A stretch of 64,000 bases of DNA from Octopus vulgaris. Lineage: Eukaryota. Location: assembly GCA_951406725.2 (NCBI GenBank), contig OX597834.1:31868001-31932000 (forward strand), read 5' to 3'. The notes under the pieces are model-generated. The model saw only the letters and a program-made list of their open reading frames with translations. It had not been told where the DNA came from and searched no databases. Every line of letters starts with the position of its first letter. The first letter of the stretch is position 1. Shown one piece after another: positions 23,901-33,270 of this stretch. The translations under genes were made by a program, and so were the position numbers.

Positions 23901-26731
23901 TTGCCTTTCATCCTTTCTGGGTCAATAAATTAAATACCAGTTACGCACTGGGGTCGATGTAATCGACTTAATCCCTTTGTCTGTCCTTGTTTGTCCCTTC
24001 TATGTTTAGCCCCTTGTGGGCAATAAAGAAATAAGTGTCAGGGAGCAGTTTATTATAACATCATAATTGTGGGGTAAAATATAAAGGATCACTAAATATT
24101 GGAAAAGCCAGCACTTATAGTGTGTGTTGAGAGCAAAGTTACATGGTCATAAGTATGTCAAGTACTCATAAACATGGGGGGGGTCTGTATATATAATCAG
24201 TCTGGAGGTGGGGGGAGAGTTATTTATCATATAAAGTAGTCTATGTCAAGGGCTGTTAAACTTGATAAGCGGGCAGCCAGAAGTTGAGATCTGTGATAAG
24301 CTCTATATTGAAGAGCTGATAAATCATGGGAAGAAAACTTCTAGAAGTTTGATATCTCTTAGAGATTTCCACTTAACGAAGATGATAATTAAAAAACCAC
24401 AAAACGGAAGATTTCTTTTCTTTGAGATAATCTATCTGTTGTGTTTGCTAGGTCTAGATTAAAGATTAGTCTTTGTCAATGTCTGTGATCTTACTTAGAT
24501 TTCTTTTGTTTAAAGACATTTCTTATCAGTTCACAGAAGAAAGGCATGAATATCACAACACAGGCAATCTATAGTTATTTGTCTTCAAATTGCTTCAGAA
24601 AAGAAAGGTGTGACTCTCAAACATCTTAAAGCACTCATGGGACCAAGGTTCTGTGGTGAAGAATTGGGCTCCTGTCCCCATCAAAATCTGATAAAAATTA
24701 TATTTTTCGAGGCAGAGGTGGTTGTGTGAGAAGAGGTTTGCTTCCCAACAACATGGTTTTGGGTTCAAGTCCCACTGTGTGGAACCTTGGACAAATGTCT
24801 TCAGCTATAGCCCCAGGCCAGCCAAAGCCTTGTGAGTGGATTTGGTAGACAGAAACTGAAAGAAGCTAAATCATATATGTATGTATATATGTATTAATGT
24901 GTGTAAGTGTTGCTGTCTCCTTGCCTTGACACTGTGTGATATGTGTAAATGAGTGTCACTATCATACAAGCAGTGTCCTTTGTTCCAATCTTTTGTGAAA
25001 AACATGTCTGGTCATATTTGTGCCCAGAGTAGAAAAGAATGCCTTGCTTTTAATAATATTTAGTTAAGTATAAGCATCGGGGTGGGGGAGGGGACTGATG
25101 CAGTTTCGCACCTCTCCTTGAAAAGTGCATTTTTTTTAAAAGCTTTTTTTTTAGATTCCTACGTTTCAGATGTCGGAGATTACGAATATAAAAAAAAAAA
25201 AAAAAAAATTAATCCCCACCCCCGAGCACCACTTCCTCCCCGTTTGAAATTTTGAACTTTCTCGAAATTTTTTTTCCATGTGTTTCAGATGACGGAGACT
25301 CCGGATATGCAAGAAACCACGTTTTGAAACTTTTAAATTCAATAAGCATGTATAAAGAGATAAATAGATATGAGTGTCTTCCTGGGACTGAAAACAACAG
25401 TAACACCATATTCTATAGGAGTGCCACATTTAGATGACAACTATATTGTATAAATAAACGGATAGGGATAAATAGACAGATAGACAAATAAACAAATGGA
25501 TGAAAAAGTTCAAAATTTTAACTTGGGGAGGGGTAAAATTTGGGTCTCTTATTAAACTTTATAACATTAAATTATTAAACATTAACTTTATCATAAAATT
25601 GGTGCATATTTAATTTACATTATATTATTTACGAATTATATAAGGCAAACAAAAGTCAAACGCAAATTCTTTTCCCTTTCATATTTTTGTTTGTATTTAA
25701 TTTCGATTTGCCTATGTTCGTCAATCCGCTACGATTTCTTTAAAGTAAATAAAATAAAAAAATATTTGAATTGGAGTGGAGGGGAGTGAAATAAAAAAAA
25801 ATTATTATTTATTTTTGGATCTTTTCATTTGTGAAGCCAGTTTTTCCAAATTTTTCCTACTGAACCAAACAATTTGAAACTTCGTATACTGGTAGAATGT
25901 GTCAAAAGTAAACTTAATTGTAAAGATCCTTTATTTTTTGCATATTCGTAATCTCCGACATTTAAAACGTAGGAATTCGAAAAAAGTTTTTCAGAAAAAT
26001 GCATTTTTCATGGAGAGGTGCGAAACTGCATTAGTTCTGCATCTGGTCTTTACTTTCAGAGTTCCTTTAACGCATTTAAAATTTTTAAGTATTTCTGGCT
26101 TGATAAAAAATAAGTGGTACTATTTAAGAAGAGTGGTCCCTGTGTGTGCACTCGTGTACTCATGCATCTGTGCTTGCTAGTCGTGACTAGTTGATCCTAC
26201 AACGACTACATAGAAAAATAAATAATTTTTTTACACAAAGTAAATAATTTTTTTACACAAAGTAAATAAAACACAACGTAAGGACCGACTAGTCACGACT
26301 AGCTAGCGCGGATGCGCGAGTACACGCACCGGCACCACTCTTCTTAATTAGTACCAATAAAGTGGCAGTCGTTAAAGTGCTGTTAACTTACTGTTTATGT
26401 AAAGCATTGTTGATTAAGGTCGATAAAACGAAATACGAATTGTTGCTTATTGTTACCTCCACCCGAAAAACATAATGACATTTTTAAAAACTTACCCTGA
26501 AGACAATGATAAATAAAACTTACCCTGAACTAAATATCTTTGAAAGAAAGTCTTGTTATTGACGAAATTTATATGGTCCACATACTGCTCCATATACTTC
26601 TCGGTAAAAGGAACCGACTGTCGAACATTATGACCATTATTACCATCAGCACTAGAACCAATTGGGCCATTTAATAATATTAAAAGCAGAGACACCCATA
26701 TTAAACCCGTAATTCGCCAGCTAAATGCCAT
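6475..26731 (-). CDS. DPP7: Dipeptidyl peptidase 2 (DPP II / QPP, serine peptidase S28), 12 coding exons, 485 aa; join(26524-26731, 22675-22817, 20341-20507, 17680-17815, 14914-14989, 13960-14120, 13019-13079, 11618-11739, 11147-11294, 9698-9762, 7606-7676, 6475-6574)
   Basis: All introns are GT-AG with matching phases; total 1458 nt. Signal peptide, [24 protein letters not shown] (catalytic Ser), CADPTGCG...AWDFQ (DPP7-type loop), SNGDLDPW (Asp), GAHHFDLR (His). Confidence 0.95.
6698..7047 (-). mobile_element. SINE family A in DPP7 intron 11
   Basis: Colinear with the other family A copies; head slightly truncated. Confidence 0.85.
7606..7676 (-). CDS. DPP7: DPP7 exon 11 (catalytic His)
   Basis: atttcag acceptor, gtaggt donor; [23 protein letters not shown](R). 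Confidence 0.95.
9698..9762 (-). CDS. DPP7: DPP7 exon 10 (catalytic Asp)
   Basis: atttcag acceptor, gtaagt donor; [22 protein letters not shown]. Confidence 0.95.
10346..10576 (+). mobile_element. SINE family C (about 230 bp; tRNA-like head, central gcctttcatcctttcggggtcgataaattaagtaccag); many other copies
   Basis: Matches 19240-19470 (-), 23810-24035 (+) and 60343-60557 (+). Confidence 0.8.
11147..11294 (-). CDS. DPP7: DPP7 exon 9
   Basis: cttaacag acceptor, gtgagt donor; [49 protein letters not shown]. Confidence 0.93.
11618..11739 (-). CDS. DPP7: DPP7 exon 8
   Basis: atttcag acceptor, gtgagt donor; [39 protein letters not shown]. Confidence 0.95.
12615..12985. repeat. Degenerate pyrimidine-rich minisatellite, about 21-bp unit (tctttcaccccttgtcataaa-like), DPP7 intron 7
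   Basis: Recurrent ttcacc/tcataaa motifs. Confidence 0.7.
13019..13079 (-). CDS. DPP7: DPP7 exon 7
   Basis: cttttcag acceptor, gtaagt donor; [20 protein letters not shown]; phase 0/1 bridges exons 6 and 8. Confidence 0.88.
13960..14120 (-). CDS. DPP7: DPP7 exon 6
   Basis: tttcag acceptor, gtgagt donor; ...FKLCKPI...[26 protein letters not shown]. Confidence 0.95.
14914..14989 (-). CDS. DPP7: DPP7 exon 5
   Basis: cctccag acceptor, gtaaga donor; [25 protein letters not shown], phase 0/1. Confidence 0.9.
15456..15920 (-). mobile_element. SINE-like family B ((GAT)n tail; internal repeats ggtgctttttacgtgccacc); other copies at about 14322, 15097, 18011, 20857, 27787, 30289, 35037, 60282
   Basis: Recurrent core gttggcgttaggaagggcatccagc...ccatgctagcatggaaaacggacgttaaacgatgatg. 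Confidence 0.8.
16207..16600 (-). mobile_element. SINE family A in DPP7 intron 4
   Basis: Full-length match to the family; followed by (TA)n. Confidence 0.85.
17259..17655 (+). mobile_element. SINE family A in DPP7 intron 4, opposite orientation to the 16207 copy
   Basis: ggcgcaggagtggctgtgtggt...ggttcagtccc head; gtaaaaaagtaaagagt tail. Confidence 0.85.
17680..17815 (-). CDS. DPP7: DPP7 exon 4 (completes the catalytic Ser codon)
   Basis: ttgcag acceptor, gtaatt donor; (S)[27 protein letters not shown]...FFTDVSK. Confidence 0.95.
18392..18742 (+). repeat. Inverted duplicate of about 14966-15310 (DPP7 intron 4 end plus first 24 nt of exon 5) located in intron 3
   Basis: ccaggatttttccagctgtgaacctcaa (18715-18742) is the exact reverse complement of 14966-14993. 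Unique intronic sequence and the adjacent SINE segment also align. Confidence 0.9.
20341..20507 (-). CDS. DPP7: DPP7 exon 3
   Basis: tttcag acceptor, gtgagg donor; [10 protein letters not shown]...QALADFA...PVISFGG(S), phase 2. Confidence 0.95.
22675..22817 (-). CDS. DPP7: DPP7 exon 2
   Basis: ttgcag acceptor, gtaagt donor; [30 protein letters not shown]...ALVVFGEH. Confidence 0.95.
25094..26035. mobile_element. Non-autonomous DNA transposon with about 100-bp imperfect TIRs in DPP7 intron 1
   Basis: atgcagtttcgcacctctcc...cctacgttt..atgtcggagattacgaatat is mirrored at about 25941-26035. No TSD recognised. Confidence 0.75.
26116..26355. mobile_element. MITE with about 75-bp TIRs starting GGTAC (Merlin- or Mutator-like), imperfect 8-bp TSD
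   Basis: ggtactatttaagaagagtggt... / ...accactcttcttaattagtacc; flanks aaataagt / aataaagt; the spacer contains a 23-bp direct repeat. Confidence 0.75.
26524..26731 (-). CDS. DPP7: DPP7 coding exon 1 (signal peptide)
   Basis: ATG at 26731; [28 protein letters not shown]...[22 protein letters not shown]; donor cagg|gtaagt, phase 1. Confidence 0.9.
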
Positions 26732-26774
26732 CGTTGTGTTTATGCTAGAGGAGAAATTCTCTTTAACCTCGACC

Positions 26775-26820
26775 CATGTGACTCGAGGGGACAACAACTA
26801 TGACACACCTATCACGTGAC
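26775..26820 (-). promoter_or_regulatory. Two CLEAR/M-box-like E-boxes upstream of the DPP7 ATG
   Basis: GTCACGTGAT (26820-26811) and GTCACATG (26782-26775), 44-89 nt upstream of the start codon of a lysosomal peptidase, in locally CpG-containing sequence. Confidence 0.65.
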
Positions 26821-27520
26821 GCACTTCAGTTTTTTTTTTGTTGTTTTTTTTCCTGGGAATCCACGCCTTTCCCGTCTTTAACCTCTCGTCACCCTCCCTC
26901 CTCGACCTTACTCTGTTTCTATCTCTCTTTCTGAATCTTTCTTACTCTTCTCTGTTTTCTTCTCTCTTTCACTCGCTTTCTCTTTCTTCCTCTCTATCTT
27001 TCCGCGCTTTCTTTTTCTCTCTCCTTCGCTCCATCTCTTACACTCTCTCCCACTCCCTCTTCCTCCCTCCGTCTTCCTGGCTTACTCTCTCTCCCCTCCC
27101 TCTCTCTTCCTCCCCCTCTCTCTCTCTCTCTCTCTTCATTCGTCCCCATTTCTTTATATCTACCCGTTCCCTGTTTTAAAACTTCATACCGAAATGGAAG
27201 AGAACTACCCCACCCCACCTCACCCGTGATCGTCCAACCAGCTAGAAATAGTAACCAAATCTTAAAATCATGATCTACGAAGGAAGAACGAATCTTTTCT
27301 GCTTTATTTTGTTCCAACTATTTTCACATTCGTTGTACTAATGTTTTTTTCTTTTTTTTTTTGTTGTTGTTAATCGCGGAAATGAAATTCATTTTTGCAA
27401 TAGATTAAGAAATAATAAATTAATAATTTCAGTGTGGAAGGTGTTTATAAGCCATTTAAAAGCACACAAAAACCATTAGATTCACTTCAACATTTAAATC
27501 TTATTTGTCAAAATATCTTC

Positions 27521-27565
27521 ATCAGTGAACAGGTCGCGGTTTCAAAGCGACGAAAATATTTTGAC
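27521..27565 (+). ncRNA. Hammerhead-like motif with G3-C8 swapped core
   Basis: atca-GTGAACA-g-GTCGC-ggtttcaaa-GCGAC-GAAA-atatt-t-tgac. Confidence 0.5.
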
Positions 27566-27587
27566 AAATTAAATTTAAATGTTGAAG

Positions 27588-27744
27588 GCGCAGGAGTGGC
27601 TGTGTGGTAAGTAGCTTGCTAACCAACCACATGGTTCCGGGTTCAGTCCCACTGCGTGGCATCTTGGGCAAGTGTCTTCTGCTATAGCCCCGGGCCGACC
27701 AAAGCTTTGGTAGATGGAAACTGAAAGAAGCCTGTCTATATATT

Positions 27745-27783
<39 letters not shown>

Positions 27784-28391
27784 ATATCATCATCATCATC
27801 ATCATCATTTAACGTCCGCTTTCCATGCTAGCATGGGTTGGACGGTTCAACTGGGGTCTGGGAGCGAAGCTGCACCAGTCCAGTCAGATAGCTGGATGTG
27901 CACCGACACAGGTGCCAGCGAGGCTGGCAAACGGCCACGCTCGGATGGTGTTTATGTGTGCCCGAGGCTGGCAGACGCCAGCGGATGGTGTTTTATGTGC
28001 CACCGACACAGGTGCAGATGAGCGCAACGCACTCGATGCGTACTGTCGGCCACGTTCGGATGGTTTCTTGGTGCACGTGCCACCAGCACTGGTACCACAA
28101 AGATACAAATTCATTGATGTTCATCTATTTTGATTTGTTTTGATTTGATTTTGATTTTGATTTTCACTTGCCTCAACAGGCCTTCACAAGTATCCAAGGA
28201 GGAAGGTGTTGCTTGACAACCGATGCTGGTGTGTTTACGTCCCCGTCACTTAGCGGTTCGGCAAAAGAGACTGATAGAATAAGTACTGGGCTTACAAAGA
28301 ATAAGTCCCGGGGGCGATTTGCTCGACTAAAGGCGGTGCTCCAGCATGGCCGCAGTCAAATGACTGAAACAAGTAAAAGAGTAAAAGAGTA
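27588..28391 (+). mobile_element. SINE family A interrupted by a family B SINE (27787-28208, -), itself inserted in an inverted-repeat element
   Basis: 5' half at 27588-27780 and 3' half at 28209-28391. The flanks rejoin as aaatgttgaag|tgaatcta, the reverse complement of 27478-27496. Confidence 0.8.
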
Positions 28392-28650
28392 AGTGAATCT
28401 ATCGGTTTTTGTGTGTTTTTAAATGGCTTATAAACACCTTCCACGCTGCAATTGTTTTTGTTTCAGCACACGATCTCAGATCAAGTTACTTGCTATGCAA
28501 GTACATCTCCATAATAAGTTATATAGCATTTAATATTTGCAAATTTTGGGTACTTTTAGCCAGTCAAAAGCCACAGATATATTAGTGTTGCGTCCACAGT
28601 AACAAGCGAATTTGTAATTTTAAGCAGACTACATCTTCCCTTGTTATAAC

Positions 28651-29404
28651 TACCTATTTCTTTACTACGGATTTGACAAACGGATTAAGTCGATTATATT
28701 GACCCCAGTGCGTAACTGGTACTTATTTAATCGACCCCGAAAGGATGAAAGGCAAAGTCGACCTCGGCGAAATTTGAACTCTGAACGTAGCAGCAGACGA
28801 AATACCTATTTCTTTACTACCCACAAGGGGCTAAACACAGAGAGGACAAACAAGGACAGACAAACGGATTAAGTCGATTATATCGACCCCACTGCGTAAC
28901 TGGTACTTATTTAATCGACCCCAAAAGGATGAAAAGCCAAGTCAACCTCAGCGGAATTTGAACTCTGAATGTAGCGGCAGACGAAATACCTATTTCTTTA
29001 CTACCCACAAGGGGCTAAACACAGAGGACAAACAAGGACAGACAAACGGATTAAAGTCGATTATATCGACCCCAGTGCGTAACTGGTACTTATTTAATCG
29101 ACCCTGAAAGGATGAAAGGCAAAGTCAACCTCGGTGGAATTTGAACTCAGAACGTAGCAGCAGACAAAATACCTATTTCTTTACTACCCACAATGGGCTA
29201 AACACAGAGAGGACAAACAAGGACAGACAAACGGATTAAGTCGATTATATCGACCCCAGTGCATAACTGGTACTTATTTAATTGACCCTGAAAGGATGAA
29301 AGGCAAAGTCAACCTCGGCGGAATTTGAACTCTGAACGTAGTGGCAGATGAAATACCGTTAAGCATTTTGCCCAATGTGCTAACGATTCTGCCAGCTAGC
29401 CACC
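28651..29404 (-). repeat. Head-to-tail array of four family C SINE units (about 184 bp period)
   Basis: tacctatttctttactac recurs at 28651, 28803, 28987 and 29170. Only the unit ending at 29404 has the 5' head. Confidence 0.9.
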
Positions 29405-30084
29405 CTATAACAACTACCACTGGTGTAGAAAACAGGACAACAACGTACACTGGACAGACAGCATGTTACATAGGTGAGCAGATAAGTGAACAGTGATGGG
29501 AGCTCAAAGAGGAGAAAAGCTCATCAGTGCTCAACCAACAGGCTCAGAACATGGAAGCCCGATTGACAGCATATTAGGATCTTTATCAACACATAGAACA
29601 GACACAGCTTTCATTTGCACTATTGGGCTTCCATACAGTCAGTATCAGTGAAGTACTGGTGTTGATAAAATCAAGTACATCCTTTTCACATCCCCACCCC
29701 TGCATCCCCGCCCCTGCTGCATCCCCACCCCTGCATCCCACCCCACCACCAAATCCTCTGGTTTTCTACCCAGTTTATAAGAAATCCTGATTGTTTCCAT
29801 GAAGTCAGTGAAGGACATATCTCACACATTGGCTGACAAAGTGGAGTGTAGTATTTAGTTATGAGGTGAGCAGGCAGAGTTTTAACAGTTTCTTTTTGCT
29901 CCTTGTGTTCTGTGTTCAAGTCCGACCAAAGCCTTGTGAATGAATTTGGTAAACAGAAACTAAAAGAAAACTGTTGCATGTGCGCCTGTGCGTGTGTATG
30001 TGTGTATACACACACACACATACATATATATGTATGCATGTGTATGTGTCACTATGTATGTGTGTGTCTGCACGTATGCATATT

Positions 30085-30283
30085 TGTGTGTGCATATCTG
30101 GACCTGTGTTTGATTGCATTTAAAGTGGACTCGTCTTTTAATTGCACATTAGTGGTGGGACCATGAAAGCAATGGCCCCATATTCTTCTAGACTGGAAAT
30201 GAGGGACACTTTGAAGAATTTTGGGAAGTCACAGGGCCCGTGTTTGACCTTGTCCCCAAATTCCATGCTCTGGTTGTTTTCAG
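30085..30283 (+). pseudogene. Inverted, inactivated copy of DPP7 exon 2 plus about 60 nt of its upstream intron
   Basis: TGGTGGGACCATGAAAGCAATGGCCCCATATTCTTCTAGACTGGAAATGAG...GCTCTGGTTGTTTT is colinear with exon 2. Acceptor is mutated (attgcag->attgcac) and there are two in-frame TAG stops. Confidence 0.9.
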
Positions 30284-32129
30284 GTTACACGTAAAAAGCA
30301 CCCACTACACTCACGGAGTGGTTGGCGTTAGGAAGGGCATCCAGCTGTAGAAACATTGCCAGATAAGACTGGAGCCTGGGGCAGCCTTCTGGCTTCCCAG
30401 ATCCCCGGTCGAACCATCCAACTCATGCTAGCATGGAGAACGGACGTTAAACGATGATGATGATGGAAGTTTGTTTTGCTATTTCGCTTTCACCTCTTAT
30501 ACACAGTCTTCACTCCGTCAGTTGCGATGACAAGGGTTTCAGTTTTTCTTGAAAAGGAAAATGGAAAATGAACTTATTGTATACAGTGCTCAGGTGCACT
30601 ACAACACATCAGGAAAAGTAACTAAAACTGCACCAACAGCACATAGAGGATGCACAGGAAAAAAGTTTTTAAAAAATAGCAAAAGCCTGCTTGTGAAATG
30701 AACAGGAAAGTGGCCGAGTACCCCACATGTACCCTTAATGTAGTTCTTAGGGAGATTCAGCATGACACAGAATGCAACAAGGTCGGCCTTTTGAATTACA
30801 GGTACAACTCATTTTTGCCAGCTGAGTGGACTGGAGCAATAAAGTGAAATAAAGTGTCTTGCTCAAGGACACAACATGCCACTGTGAATTGAACTCACGG
30901 CCTCATGATCATGAGCCAAATATCCTAACCACTAAGTCATGCCTCTTATAATCCTTTCTACAGGAAGCACAAGGCCTCAGATTTGGGGGGAGGGATTAAG
31001 TCGATTACATCAAACGGATTAAGTCGATTATATCGACCCCAGTGTGTAACTGGTACTTATTTAATCGACCCTGAAAGGACGAAAGGCAAAGTCAACCTCG
31101 GCGGAATTTGAACTCAGAATGTAGCGGCAGATGAAACACCTATTTCTTTACTACCCACAAGGGGCTAAACACAGAGAGGACAAATAAGGACAAACGGATT
31201 AAGTCAATTATATCAACCCCAGTGCGTCACTGGTACTTATTTACTCAACGCCAAAAGGATGAAAGGCAAAGTCAACCTCAGTGGAATTTGAACTCAGAAT
31301 GTAGCGGCAAACGAAATACCACAAAGCATTTCGCCCAGCGTGCTAACCATTCTGCCAACTCACCAGCTTATGATACAGTATTTATAATCCAAATAAAATT
31401 TGCTGAAAAGAATTCTCTCCCTCCACCAAGAAGCTTGCCCTCCTCTCTTTTTCGCTCCCCCAATCTCTCTCCTTCACTACACCATGTTCTAGGCTATTCA
31501 TCCACAAACAATTATCAAAGGGTAGCTGATACATCACAGGGATTACTTGATTGAAAATCAATTATGCTAAAGGTGTTAAGTTACAGCATGATATCATAAG
31601 ATGTATTGAAGCCTTTCTCTCTGGCTTTTCATATTGCATCCAAGAGCAAATAAATCAACTGATGCCTTATATTCTTGCAATAACTAATACAGTGTGTGTG
31701 TGATTTATATGTTTACTTGCTTCAGTCATTAGACTGCGGCCATGCTGGAGCACCGCCTCGATGAATTTTACGTGAATGAATGAATCCACTCACAAGGCTT
31801 TGGTCAGCCTGAAGTTATGGTGGAAGAGACTTGCTCAAAGTGCCACACAGTGGTACCAAACACAAACCCAGAACCATGCAGTTGAGGATCCCATGATTAC
31901 ATCACAGGGTTTTAAAACTGTTTGGAATGAGAATACAACCAAATACTTTTGGCTGCTATTTCTAGCAACCTACCATGACATTTATATATTACTATAATCC
32001 TCATTATTTTAAAGTCCAGTTTTCCATGCTTCCATGGCTCAAACAGAATTTGTTGAGACACATTTTCTATTCCTGGATGCACTTCCTGTCACCAAACCTT
32101 ATCTGTTTCTGAATAAGATAATATCAGTA

Positions 32130-32217
32130 TCTTCATCATCATTACAACCAGCATAATCATCATCACCAATATCATCATCATCATCATCATATTCACCATC
32201 ATCATCATCATTGCTAC

Positions 32218-32250
<33 letters not shown>

Positions 32251-33270
32251 GTTCACCATCATCATCATCATTACGACCAGCATAATCATCATCACCAATA
32301 TCATCATCATCATCATGTTCACCATCACCATCATCATCATCATCATCATTACGACCAGCATAATCATCGTCATCATCATCATTATCATCGTCGTCATCAT
32401 AATCATCACTACTGTGACCACCACCACCACCACCACCCTTATCATTATCACCACTATTACTGGCACCCAACTGTCTACTCTTGTAGCTTAGTCAATAGAG
32501 CTTAAGACATTTTTCTTCTTCACACTCACCGTCATAATCATCATCACCATCATCAGCAGCAGCATTGCTTTCAGCATCCCTGCCATTATCATCATTCCTG
32601 TCGCCACCCTTAGTGCCACCACCACCACCATCAATCTCATTGCTATTGTGTCACCACTTCTCATCACAGCTGCTACACTACCACCACCACCACCACCACC
32701 ACCACCCTCATCATCATCATCAGCAGCGTTACCACCATGACCACCATGTCTACCACTGTCTTTGTCATTGGCATCATTGCTGTCAACGTCTGAGCCACCA
32801 TCATCGCTGTCATCACTGTCATGTCACCATCACCCTCACTGTTACTATGGCTACCATCACCACCACCATCATCATCATCACTACCATTACCATCACCACC
32901 ATCATCATCACCACCATCATCATCACCACCACCACTACCACTACCACCACACCATCGCCATCACCATCCTCACCCCCCCACCATCACTATTGCCATCATC
33001 ATCATCATCATCACCACCACCACTGTCATCATCACCACCTTCGTATTCATCACCATTATTATTACCACCAGCACTATCATTGTCATCAATACAAGCCTCA
33101 TCATCATCATCATCATCATTACCATCACCACCACTGCCGCCACCACCACCACCACCATCGCAGTTACTATGCCCATCCCCGTCATTATCTTCATTGCATC
33201 GCTATCATTGTCATCGCCATTGTCCCCATCACTATTACCATCATCATCATCATCATCATCATCATCTTCA
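32130..33270. repeat. Degenerate (CAT)n/(CAC)n trinucleotide region
   Basis: Direct reading; source of the spurious poly-His/Asp/Met ORFs. Confidence 0.95.
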
